Assembly (NCBI GenBank): GCA_001938485.1
Contig: MQRK01236006.1
Span: 17,797 to 81,796, forward strand
Direction of reading: 5' to 3'
Source of the DNA: Girardia tigrina
Taxonomy: Eukaryota
DNA: 64,000 nt
Shown here one piece after another: positions 38,171-50,614 of this stretch; the stretch's first letter is position 1, and each line of letters begins with the position of its first letter. The notes under the pieces were generated by a model that searched no databases, was not told the origin of the DNA, and saw nothing but the letters and a program-made list of their open reading frames with translations. The position numbers were made by a program, and so were the translations under genes.

Positions 38171-38870
38171 TAGTTAAAATAAGTTTAGGTAATAAAATAT
38201 TTTTTAAATCGAAATAATGATAATAAATAAAACGTTAAACTCTTTTTTGTTAATTTAGTTAAAATAAATTTTGTTGATTTTATATTTTATTTCAAATTAA
38301 ATTTTATCAAATAGTAGAATGTTAATCTATAAAATTAATGAAAAAAATTTCAATTTTTAAAATATCGGTTCTAATAAATAGCTTATCAGTATTTATAATT
38401 CCATATTTTTATGTATAAGAAATCTGGTCAAAAGAAAAGAAAGAAAAGTTCCTCGACGAAAAATTTTTTAAATAATTTTTAATTGTGTTATAAATAAATT
38501 TCGGTGTTAATGAATTATAATCTTGATCAAGAACCCAACAAGAGCCGTACCACGGTTCATTTTCATAATCTCACTGAAATACTCCCCGTATATCTTTTAC
38601 ATTGATTTCTCAATAACGATTCATTTCAATTGAAAGAAATGGAAGGCTCAATGTTCGGTCAAAACGCGGAGAAAATGGAGAGGAAAATTAAGTGTTTGAC
38701 CGAAAATATTGCCAGTTTGAATATAAATTAAATGTAAATAAATTTAAATAAAATAAATTAAATAAAATCATTAAATTGAAATGAACTAAATAAGTAAAAT
38801 AAATTAAAAATTAAATAAATTATTTAAATTAATGAGTCAATAAAATAAATTAAGTTAAAATAAACGAAAT

Positions 38871-39439
38871 TTAAATTTTTATCTCGCCTGAACAATTTAT
38901 TAATTTTTAATTTAAAGGGTAAAATATTTTTATGTTAATATGCTTATTCAATATTTTAAAATTAAAAATGATATCATAAAACAACTATTAAAAAATCAAA
39001 ATCGTTTTTAAAAATAAAATATTTTTTAATGTGTTTTTAAATATTTTAAAAAAATTAAAAATGATATAATAAAAGAAAATCATAAAAAATAAAATATCTA
39101 TTTAAAAATAAAAAATATCTTTTAATGTATCTATTAAATATCTTAAAATTAAAAATGTCAAGAAAACAAAAATATTAAATATTTATTTATAAATAAAAAT
39201 ATTTTTAATAAACAATTTTAAAAAAACTTTGAAATAAATTTTGATAATAAAGTTTAAATAATTTTTGAAATAAATATTCAGGATTTTAAAAATTAAATCG
39301 AAAAAAATGTAATAGATTAATTTGGGTCGAGATAATTAAATTGACAAGAAAATTTGTTTCAAAGATGTGAATTGTTATATAAATAAATATTGGTGTTAAA
39401 ATATGAATCCTGATATTGAGGTTGCAACCACTTCTCACA
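38871..39439. mobile_element. LTR-like repeat family A, copy 3
   Basis: Ends CTTCTCACA; GAAAT on both flanks (38866-38870, 39440-39444); about 14 bp missing at the left terminus. Confidence 0.7.
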
Positions 39440-42427
39440 GAAATAAAGTAGTTAAATTAAAGTAAAAAAATAATTAAAACACGTAAATAAAAAATAATTT
39501 AGTTTTTTTCTTTTTCTTTTCAATAGTTTCGATGTCAGGAAGAACGTCTTTATCAAGGATTTCGGTGTTTTTCGATTTTTTTCGTTTCGTTTTAAATCAA
39601 CTTGTTAATTGATTGTTTGTTGGTGCCGATAAAATACGTGATAATTTGGCGAGTAGTAATCGCCATTTATATAAGTGCTTTTCAATTCAAATGTATTCAG
39701 ATTTTAATGATATCGATCGGTGATTTTTGTGCATTTATACATTTGAGCACCATTAATCAAAATGTGTATCTCAATCAACAATTTAAAAGTATCATCGATT
39801 TATTTAATCAATTTTCAAATTTTCAAGATTATTTTTTACATATAATTATAACTCATTTCTCTCAATCTTTATTCATTTAAATTCGACAACAAGAACTCAA
39901 TTTTAAGCAATACAAAAAGTATAATAATAACTAATGGCCTTGAGATTATAAAAACTGATTCAAAAAAACATTGTCAATTTTCCTAATAATTTATATCAAA
40001 ATAATTACAAATACTTTTCAACTCCGTACAAAAAGAATAATAAATTTATTTTTACAAGCTTTTTTTACGTTTCATTCGTTTGTCTGTCTGGATGCTTCAA
40101 ATATTGCGTTTGAAGATTCACCCACTTCACGTTCACCTAGCGGCATGAACCTTTCAGGACTGATGTATTCTAGGTGACAATACACTTTTTCACTGTCACT
40201 GCTCATCTACCGCCTTTAGTTTGGCCGCAAAAAGTAATTAAAGTGTCGTTCTCATATTTTCCTCAGTAGTAGGCTTTGAAATTTGCTACATCTAAATGCA
40301 AATAGAAAGCGGGTTTTCGCCTAGTAAGCTTTAATAATTCAGTCAAAAAAATATGGGAAGTGGGTGAAATAGATACAGAACCGCAAAGATATGACAAATT
40401 ATAAAAACTTGTACACCAAAATTTTTTTTGGTAGGATTATACTTATTTAATTTCACCATTTGTAAAATTTTGTTTTCGTCGCCTTTCAAAATTGAATTCT
40501 TAAAATAATTTATCAGAGTTTTAATATTATATAAAAATCATAACTATTGTGATAAATAATCAATTAATCTAAATAAATTTCACACTTCGGGATGAACCAA
40601 GGGAATCTAAACGTTTCTAAAATTGTGGTTAATCTTTAAAACTTAAATTCGAAATCTGATAGAAATAACGTTCAAATTGATGTTAAATATCCAAAAGAAG
40701 TGTTATTTGACTGTTTTAACTCTTTCATCTCATTTAGGGTATAAGAAAATTTAAATTTCTGAACTTTAAATTTTACTTATTTTTTGTTTGTTTATCTCTT
40801 TTTATTGTCATTTACTCTTACTTTCGCATTATTCAATATTATTTTTGGAAACGGTATACATTTTTTTCTAAAAAGCAATTTCCGAGCGTTCATTTGAAGG
40901 TTAATGATACACTACTCAATAAAAAAAATATTTCTCTTACTCGGCTATGTAACTATTCCCATTTCTATTTATACCAACCATTCCTTCCAAAAAAGCTCCA
41001 TGCTCATTTTAAATACCATAATTTAAATGTATTAAAATTATTATTAATGAAAAGATATTACCAGGTAAACGAATCAAAAGATCCCATGAAAAACTATATA
41101 AAGGAACAAGTTTCATTTCAAAACATCTTTGAGAAATTGAATATGCTTAAATGTATATGTGAAATAATAAAGCCAAGCTAGGAAATTATAATCTTCAGTG
41201 CTTTAGTTAATAATTAATCAAATATAACCTTAGAATTTTGATTAAATAAACGAACATTTTTCAGACTCAACAACAAATTGCAATAAAGTAAACATCCTTT
41301 TATAATGGTCAATTGTAAGAAAATATTTTACAATCATGATAAGCGAAGGATCATTATATACTATGATGGGGAAGTACTTTATTTAAGCGGTCATATATTT
41401 TGGAAAATGTATTAAAAGACAGTAGCGTTCATAAATGAAATTTTATGAAGCAAAATTCATCATTCTTTTTTAACTTTTCCCTACAGTTAAAATTATATTG
41501 AATACATTTTTCATGTTCGTAATCTCATCCAAAATGCTTTACATAAATATTACATAAATACATAAAAAACATAAATATTACATCTTTTGTCTCTTTATAG
41601 GTAGGCATGTATATTCACATCCTCTTCACCATCACTAACATTCTTTTAAATGCAACATCCATGATCAGGCAAAACTCCAAAATTTAAGTCACAATTTCAT
41701 AGCATACAACATTAAGATTCAATATATTTTGAAGTTGAATTAAATGATAACCTAACCGAATATAAACAAATAATAAATATAATTGGGATTTCAATACAAA
41801 CTTTAATAAAAAAATGTATACATTCATTCATAAGACAGAAATTCCATTAGAAATTTTGGTTCAATCAACTTGTTTTATGTCACCTAGAAATAGAAATAAA
41901 TTTTTGCACAAAATAATAAAATCGTACTCTAAAAAATCTTATTTCAAAAATAAACTTTACAAACTATTTTATTTTTTAATAAAGAATTAATTTTATTGTT
42001 CTAAATCGACTGTCAATTATCCATAAAATTGCCTTAATTCAAAAAGATCCGATTTTTTCAACCAAATATTCACAAACTTTATTCGGTTTTAATATTTTAT
42101 AACTGACTAAAAAAAAGAAATTAAATTACGGCACAAGTTTTATGATAATTTTTTGTGGCAAATGTTTTATTTCCATCAGTCTTAATTCAATATGAATATT
42201 ATCCCTTTTATGCATGGCATTTTTACAAAAAACCTTTTTTGACTAGCTAATTGAAATTCAGTTTTTGTACGAGAATTTTTTATTAAAGACAAAATTATTT
42301 TTTATCTTTTGATTTTTAAATAATTACAGTAATTAATTTATAGAAAATAATAAAAAATAACTAAACTTACAAAAAATATAAATGAATAAAATATATCATA
42401 ATATTTAAAAATATTACAATTCAAATA

Positions 42428-44638
42428 TTAGGTTGGTCGAAAAATAATGGCGGTTTTTGAGCTTTATACTTTGTTTATCTACTTTAATATGTATATAAGT
42501 TTAAATGCATTAGTGTTAGATATTATTTGAAATCTTTTACCTAGCTGTATATTCCTATAGCCATTATTAACATATTGCTGTTATTTATAGAATATTTACG
42601 GTGCTAAATTAATAATTGAAAAAATTAAAATTCGAGCAATTTTCTTGTACGAATTTAAACTTGGTCGTAAAGCAGCAGAAATGGCTCGCAATATCAATAA
42701 AGCGTTTGGCAAGGGAACAGCTTCTGAGCGCACAGTGCAACGATGGTTCCGAAAATTTTCTGATAGAGATGAAAACCTTGAAGATGAAGAAGGTCGTGGT
42801 CGTCCAGTTGCTGTGAACAACGACAATTTGAGGACAATGGTGCAAACAGATCCTTGTACAACAATCAGAGAACTTGCAGATGGGTTGGGCATTAGTCATT
42901 CAACAGTCCTAGATCATTTATATAAAAACACTAATTCAACAATAGAACTCGTATTACGTTGAATTAATTGTTTTTATATATTTGTCTGTTTAGTAAAAGG
43001 GTAAAAGTCCGGCAGCAATTAAACTAGGCTAACCAAAGTGCAGAGTTTGGTGAACCTAGTCGTATTTTATACAAAACTAAATAGTAAAAAAACCAAATAA
43101 TTTTTATCAAATACTTTTAATGTAACTAATTTAACAGTTAAATAGAAGTAGTATAAGTACCGTGGTGTAACTGAACAAAATAATTTCTGATTAATAGTTA
43201 GGATAATCGTAAGTATTTGTCAAACAAATATAGTGACGCAATAATCATCGGATAAATTCGTCACTAGGATAATTGTAAGTATTAGTTAGAACTAATATCG
43301 TCAAAAAATACAAATTCGTCACTGGGATAATTGTCCGTTAAAGATTATTCATGTCGTCAGGTAAAATATATTTCTGGCATTGATCTCAGTTTGAATTTTT
43401 AATTCAAACGAAAATCGATCAAAAATTATAATTTAGTTTAATTATAATTTAGTATTATAAATATAATTCCGTCATGTTTTCTTTTACTCTTTCTACTTCA
43501 TGTTTTCTTATCTTCTTTTTTTTAAATGGAAAACAGTGAACTTTTTTTCGGTGACATCTTTTTTTTCAAAATAAATATAGGGTAAGTATTTCCTTCCTAA
43601 AAAATGGTTAGTTTCTTCTTTTAGTCTGGTTTGAAAATTGTCAAAAAACATTGAAAAAATAATAAGAAAATAATCATTTAAAATTTGTACATCATTTCTC
43701 GACCACCAACATTGTGTCATAAATAAAAAATAACATAAAAAAATGAATAAAAAAAAGGACCATGTAGATCTTATCACAATGTAAAAAAACAAAAAAATGA
43801 CAAAAATCACACGTAATAACGACAAATAAAAATGTATACAACACTCGAACGTCATGCTGTACAACGGAAATATAAAAGTAAACATTACAAGAAAGGCTCA
43901 CATAACATTTAAAACAACTTGGAAAAATCAAGAAACTTGATAAATGAATTCCACATGATTTGAATGAAAATCAAAAGAACCGACGCTATGAAATTTGTTC
44001 TGCCAATCATCTTCGCAATAAAAACGATCCATTTCTTGATCGTATTGTTACCTGTGATGAGAAATGNNNNNNNNNNNNNNNNNNNNNNNNNNNNNNNNNN
44101 NNNNNNNNNNNNNNNNNNNNNNNNNNNNNNNNNNNNNNNNNNNNNNNNNNNNNNNNNNNNNNNNNNNNNNNNNNNNNNNNNNNNNNNNNNNNNNNNNNNN
44201 NNNNNNNNNNNNNNNNNNNNNNNNNNNNNNNNNNNNNNNNNNNNNNNNNNNNNNNNNNNNNNNNNNNNNNNNNNNNNNNNNNNNNNNNNNNNNNNNNNNN
44301 NNNNNNNNNNNNNNNNNNNNNNNNNNNNNNNNNNNNNNNNNNNNNNNNNNNNNNNNNNNNNNNNNNNNNNNNNNNNNNNNNNNNNNNNNNNNNNNNNNNN
44401 NNNNNNNNNNNNNNNNNNNNNNNNNNNNNNNNNNNNNNNNNNNNNNNNNNNNNNNNNNNNNNNNNNNNNNNNNNNNNNNNNNNNNNNNTGCTGATGGAAT
44501 AAAACAACTTGTTTCTCGTTGGCAAAAATGTATTGATGCCAACGGTTCATACTTTGATTAATAAACTTTTGTTTCTGTGAATTTGCACGTCTTTGATGTT
44601 TGTGTCCAAAAACCGCCATTATTTTTCGAACAACCTAA
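42428..44638 (+). mobile_element. Mariner (Hsmar1/cecropia-like TIR) split by a ~1-kb insertion; spans an N-gap
   Basis: TIRs TTAGGTTGGTCGAAAAATAATGGCGGTTTTTG at both ends with TA TSDs; YEFKLGRKAAE, TVQRWFRKF, IVTCDEK, RWQKCIDANGSYFD. Confidence 0.93.
42921..43907. mobile_element. Unclassified ~985-bp insertion within the mariner
   Basis: Flanking duplication (CA)TTTA; removal restores VLDHL|KQLGK; internal short tandem repeats (ATTCGTCACT.GGATAATTGT) at 43190-43340. Confidence 0.7.
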
Positions 44639-44695
44639 TATTATAATTTATTTTAGAAAAATAAAAAAAACAGCCTTATTTTTAAAATTATTTAT

Positions 44696-44726
<31 letters not shown>

Positions 44727-44728
44727 TT

Positions 44729-45150
44729 ACATTGCAAAGTAAAATCTATATACAAAGGATAAAAATAAGGCGATGTGTTTTGATATAAGAATCCCATCAT
44801 CGGGTCAATCCACAAAATGTTCTCAACTGGCACACTAGACGGGACTATACAATAATTTTAAAATATTTAACTAATAAATCATTGAATTAAAAGAATTAAT
44901 TTCATGTTTCTAAAAATTAGGCAACAATACACTAAACGCAATCAATTCTATTCTCTTAAATCAACCATTAGCAGATATCGATTGCATTTGAAAAAACTAT
45001 ATCTTTACTCTATAGTTCTACACTTTACAAGATAACGGAAACGTATGTTAAAGATAATGACAGACGGTCAACCAAAAGTTAATCTTTCAGATTAAACTCA
45101 CATTTGTTCCCATACACTCAATTTCAGCATTCTTATCAAACCCAAAAAAT
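44729..45150 (-). mobile_element. Hammerhead-bearing repeat, copy 2, with an inactivated ribozyme (44769-44806)
   Basis: Homologous to 6313-6735; motif eroded to GAC-CCGATGA...AAAA-CACA-TC-GCC; abuts (TA)/(TG)n at 44697-44725. Confidence 0.6.
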
Positions 45151-45923
45151 CTTAGTCTTACTTTTTACTTCCCAAACTTTATGATATTTATAATGATTGA
45201 TTAAATAAAATTGAAAAATTCAAATCTTTAAGATTCTTAAGTCTAGGAGAAATTTGAATCTGACGACGATTTAGAGAATTCCGATAATTTCAAGTGTTCT
45301 AATTTCGAAGATGAAAAAAACGAAAAAAAGAGATAAAGTAAATAATCAGACAAATTAGATAATAAGTAAATAATTTTGAATTAATAAATAAAATTAAAAA
45401 AAATAGTGAAAAATAATTAACAACTGTGATTGAATTTTAAAATTTGTAAATATATGTTTGTTTGTGCATGTTTTTGTTTTTGTGAATTAAATAAATATAA
45501 TGTAAATAATTGTACATTGTTTAAATGCATCGATTAAAATAGTTGATACGTGACTGTCACAAATTTCGATTGTGAAATAAATGTGATTTGAATTGATATT
45601 ATTAAATTAAAAAGAATTTGACTAATTTTGTTTTCTTCAATGTCTCATCATTCATTCAACGGTCTCGTCAGAAAAAAAATTCAAATAAAATTAATGATTT
45701 ATTAAAATTTATCTCAAAAAAGAGAATTTTTGTAACCAAACCAGACGGTAGTGGCCTGTATGAACAATTTTTATATTCTATATTGTGATCCAAATTGAAT
45801 TATTACTCATAAGTTATTTAAAATAATTTTTGAAACAAATTTCACTCCATCAAGCCTCCCTCTATTGTTACGGATAACTGTGTATTACAAATAATACTTA
45901 GCATTGGCGCACAGGGTAGTGAA

Positions 45924-46259
45924 TCACAGACTCTGTATCGGGTAAAAACCATTTGACAAATACCAAGTTTTCTGATCCTCTAACACGGCTTCCGATGCAA
46001 GAGTGCGATCTTTCAATGCACGGGCACGCTTCGGCTTCCCACTTAGAAATGACCAGTTATGTTCGTTTGTTCCGTGATTCTGGAGACTTTTTGTTGTATA
46101 AACGCACTTATTGCAACGGGAAAATGGGCAATGAAACATACCCTTATCCGTTGTATTATCCAGTCGAAAATTCATCACCACAATATGGATTACTCTTGAA
46201 CAGTCTTCATCAGTTACATCAACAGACACTGACATATCATGTTCCGCGTTCAAATTCAA
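45924..46259 (-). other. ORF fragment with a C2H2 zinc finger (retroelement N-terminus or isolated exon)
   Basis: FHCPFSRCNKCVYTTKSLQNHGTNEH fits F-x-C-x4-C-x12-H-x4-H; GC-richer island; no linked domains seen. Confidence 0.4.
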
Positions 46260-47785
46260 AGGTCCAGTATGTCTCTCTGTTTCTTCTCTTTGCCAAAAGA
46301 ATTATGGTAGAAGAACTACCTAACACTGATGATTTATTCTAATTTAAATACATGTTAAATGTAACTTAACATATTTATTAAAATAATTTATCATATATAT
46401 TTATTTATTATTAAATTAAATAAAAATAACTATACTAATATAAAAAAACATGAATAAAGAAAATTTATGATGAATATAAATTATATAAATAAAAATATTA
46501 TAAGTTGTTTAAAAAGTAAAAACATTAGTATAAATATATTTTTAGATTTAATTTTGTACATATATAAATTTTTATAAAAAACATTCCCTTTTTTCCAAAA
46601 ATAATAATTTGATTATTTTCGGGTCGAAAATATGAATAAATATTTATATTATTAATTTGGTTTTTTGATTTCAATTTACAATTTGAAAATAAAATTTATT
46701 TTTGGTTTTTTTTGATGGGTTTTCATAAATAAGATTTAGTTTTTTAAAAGGTTAATTAATAAATTTTCAAACTGCAATTTAATTTATACTTTTTTATAAA
46801 ACAATCTATTTTCAGAATTGATTGACTCTAAAAACTGGAAATATCATTTGGCAAATATAAATTTGATTTCGGTTGTTTTAATTGAATGTAAAGGGCTCAT
46901 AAATATAAATTAAGAAACCTGTCAAAATTAATTTATAATTTAATATTTCAATTCAATCTATTATTTTTACCCCTAAAATATTTATATTCACATTATCATA
47001 TATTAACGTATTAGTATTTATATCTTTACATTAACTCATTATATATGTATTTATATTTCATTTACCTTCTTCAAAAAATATTACTCAAAACTAGTTTTGT
47101 CATTTAGGAATGTTTACTTGACTTGGCAATTTCGAATTCAGTCAATTAATCTGACCCCTTGATTTGACGGGGGAGCCCGGTTTTATTCCTCGGGGCCCAA
47201 GTACCCAAATGGACTATTATAGCCCCTGCTTTAAGTTTTATTTACATTAAAATAACGCTCGATATTTTTTATTAACTTTGGCGAAGATTTTATCATCAAA
47301 TTCAAATTTCTTCTATATTTAAAATTAACTTCAAAAGTATTAAAATTTTTAACAAATCTAAAATTATTTATGTCGAACATACCTATCAAATCGACCGAAA
47401 ACCGTACAAGTCGTTAGATTTTTCAATCAACACCGATTTCGAATAATGACTACTTCGATGATTCCTACAAGGAATTTTGTGAAAATACTAATTTATTTGA
47501 TAAATAACGATTTCTATCACTTATTTACTAATTATGTTTCTAAAAATCAATTTAATATACATTTGGAAAATTTCGTTATCATCTGAAGGACGGTTTGCGA
47601 AAGGATGTGGTCAATCTGGAAAGACCGCATCCAGACGGTTTTATCTGTGCAGCACCTTTGCCGAAAGGCCCCGGGAGATGACTTAATTGAGTAAGTAACA
47701 GAGAATTCGAAACAATAAATAATAAATTACAAAATTAAAAATTAAAGAAGAAACTTTTAAAGACGAAAATTCAGCTCACCAGTAA

Positions 47786-48933
47786 TGATGTAATGTTATA
47801 TGTTATTTGAAAGCTATTGTTTTGTCAAGTCGACAAAAATGAGCATTTCCGACACCATCTATTGTTTGCGTATAATCGAGGCGCCAAAGCCGCAGACGCT
47901 GTCCGAGAGCTTTGTGCTGTATACGGAGAAGGTGCTATAGCTGATAGAACCGCTCGTGATTTGTTCGCAAAATTTAAAATTGGCAATTTTGATCTCAAGG
48001 ATGCACCTCGTTCAGGACGAACAAATGAATTCGATGAACAGCGTTTGAACAAACTTTTGCATGAAGACGCGTGTCAAACCACTCGAGAATTGGCGGAACA
48101 AATGTATTGTGATCAAAAAACTGTCGTGAACCACCTGAAATCAATGGGAAAAGTTCAAAAAGTGGGAACTTGGGTCCCACATATTTTGACCGAAAACAAC
48201 AAAAACCAGTGATCCACAATTTCGGCGAGTTTGCTTGCCCGTCATCGCTCTACTCACAGTCATAAGCAACAATTTCTTTATCGAATTCTAACGGGTGATG
48301 AAAAATGGTGCCTGTACGTCAACATGAAAAAGCGCAAAGAATGGCGTAGCCGAGAAAAACAATCGATACCGCGAGCAAAACAGGATCTCCATCCACGAAA
48401 GACAATGTTATGCATTTGGTGGGGTTGGAAAGGGTTTATTCATTATGAATTGCTTCCTCGAAACCAAACAGTGAACGCAGAACTTTATGTTCAACAGCTG
48501 CATAGACTCAACGTCGCTATAAGACAAAAACATCTGGATGGACAACATGGCGTTATTTTGCAACACTACAATGCACGTCCTTATATTGCCAGAATGACAA
48601 AAGAAGCCATTAAAACGCTTGGTTGGGAAGTGTTACCGCACCCTCCGTATTCACCTGACTTGGCTCCATCTGATTTTCATCTTTTCCGTTCGCTTTCTAA
48701 CGCTTTGCGATAAACATAACAATAATGGAGAACTGCAAGTTTGGTTGACTGAATTCTTCGAGTCAAGACCGGGCGATTTCTACAAAAGAGGCATTGAAAA
48801 ACTTGTTGAACGTTGGGAAGAAGTCGTGAACAATGGCGGAGATTATATTTGTGATTAATTTGTAGTAACTTTTTGGTTAAAAAATAAAATTTTAATTTTT
48901 CAAAAAACGGAGGGAACTTATTTCTCAACCCAA
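47786..48933 (+). mobile_element. Mariner, same family as 13940-15316; left TIR and start codon deleted
   Basis: Highly similar to 14020-15316; TGDEKW, HYNARPY, HPPYSPDLAPSDFHLF; right TIR GGGAACTTATTTCTCAACCCAA|TA; same TGA after NKNQ. Confidence 0.93.
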
Positions 48934-49759
48934 TATATAATTACACAAATAACTGATTATATATTGTCACAAAAACGTTGAAAAAAACAGTATTTAATTT
49001 TTGATCTTTCATATTTTCAGTTGACGAAAGTGAAGAACCATTTATTGGAATGGAAGACACGTTTATTTTTAGGGTTTCTTTCTCAGAAATATATCCTGAA
49101 AAAATTATTTAAATATACATTTAAATCAAACCATAATCAGAAATTGTTGGACTTTATATAGACATAATAAACATAAACTTGTATTTGGAGTCTTTGATAA
49201 TAGCTCCTAAAATCTCATAAAAAATTCCTCATCGATTGGTAAATTTTTTGCTTATAAGTTGATTTAAATTTTCTGATGTAATTCCTTATTAAATCTTTAA
49301 GCTTCCTCTTCAATAAAAGAATTAAATAATTAATTAATGTATTGTTTTTTTATACAGATTCATCATTTCGTTTCTTAAAACACATAATAACGCATATCTT
49401 TAGTTAAAGAAAAATTATTTTCGTTTGAAAAGAAAAACATTGAAGTAAAACTTTAACAATATCAGAAAAATTTTAATTGAATCTAAATTTACATTTTAAT
49501 AATAACAAAAATTTTCATTTTGAACAAGATGACACAATTTTTTATAAAAGAAATCGGCCAAGTATTTCGAAGGAAGATTCAAAGACATTTTTTCAGCATA
49601 ATGGTTCTAGGTGCTTTGACTACAGGTGCTTTGACCAAAGCACCATAGGGGGTTTGTCCACAGCGGGGGTTTGACCACAGGTGGTTTGAACATAGGTGGT
49701 TTGTCCACAGCTTTTAATATTTTCAAAATATAATTTGATTAAAGCTTCTTTAATATATT

Positions 49760-49803
49760 TATTGGACATGTTTCGATGATTACATACATCATCATTAGCA
49801 ATA
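49760..49803 (-). ncRNA. Minimal hammerhead ribozyme with a G5A core lesion
   Basis: Reverse complement TATTG-CTAATGA-T-GATG(TATGTAAT)CATC-GAAA-CATG-TC-CAATA. Confidence 0.65.
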
Positions 49804-50352
49804 TTTTGAAATTTATCATTTTAATATTTGTATATGATTTTGGCTTGTGTGGGCTAGAATCTAATATTTTAGTTTTTATTAATAATATGATTTTAAAATG
49901 TACATTAAGTTTAAATAGAATATTTTTTTAATATATTTTATTTTATTAAAGTATTATTGGGTAATAATGGCAAAAATATTTTAATTAAAAATTTTAAGTA
50001 TTGAAATNNNNNNNNNNNNNNNNNNNNNNNNNNNNNNNNNNNNNNNNNNNNNNNNNNAAGTATTATTGGGTAATAATGGCAAAAATATTTTAATTAAAAA
50101 TTTTAAGTATTGAAATGACTTTAATGGACAAAGTAAAGTTATTTCAATACTTAAAATTTTTAATTAAAATATTTTTGTCATTATTACCCAATAATACTTT
50201 AATAAAATAAAATATATTAAAAAAATATTCTATTTAAACTTAATGTACATTTTAAAATCATATTATTAATAACAACTAAAATATTATATTCTAGCCCACA
50301 CAAGCCAAAATCATGGAAAACTATACAAATATTAAAATGATAAATTTCCAAA

Positions 50353-50396
50353 TATTTCTGATGATGATGTATGTAATCATCGAAACATGTCCAATA
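50353..50396 (+). ncRNA. Minimal hammerhead ribozyme
   Basis: TATTT-CTGATGA-T-GATG(TATGTAAT)CATC-GAAA-CATG-TC-CAATA; intact core, GUC triplet, mismatch at the first stem I pair. Confidence 0.78.
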
Positions 50397-50614
50397 AATA
50401 TATAAAAGAAGCTTTAATCAAATTATATTTTAAAAATATTAAAAGATGTGGTCAAACCACATATGGTCAAACCCCCTATGGTCAAACCCACGCTGTGGAC
50501 AAACCCCCTATGGTCAAAGCACCTGTGGTCAAAACACCGCGTACCAGCATAATAGTAAAACAGTAATACTATCAACAACATCAGTACGATTTTTCGAACA
50601 TTTATTAATATCAA

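Larger units (their letters stand above)
49711..50446. mobile_element. Fold-back (inverted) Penelope-like 3' end
   Basis: Near-perfect palindrome centred at ~50128; plus strand from the centre reads NGQSKVISILKIFN* (compare LNGQS in the 26.8-kb PLE); hammerhead motif in each arm. Confidence 0.72.
49603..50545. mobile_element. Merlin-type MITE (GG...CC ends, 8-bp TSD, 15-bp tandem subrepeats) enclosing a palindromic PLE end
   Basis: Exact TSD AGCATAAT (49595-49602, 50546-50553); inverted arms built of GGTG(C/G)TTTGACCA(C/T)A-type units at 49603-49710 and 50447-50545. Confidence 0.8.

Noticed and set aside
43508-43931. Hydrophobic ORFs resembling membrane proteins (also 11662-11973, 39602-39880, 51295-51504)
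   Set aside because: F/I/L richness follows from T-rich low-complexity DNA within repeats
49603-49710. 15-bp periodic repeats resembling a CRISPR array
   Set aside because: No unique spacers, eukaryotic context, and explained as transposon TIR subrepeats
49948-50117. Apparent ~60-bp tandem duplication around the gap
   Set aside because: Identical sequence on both sides of a 50-N gap, most likely an unmerged contig overlap
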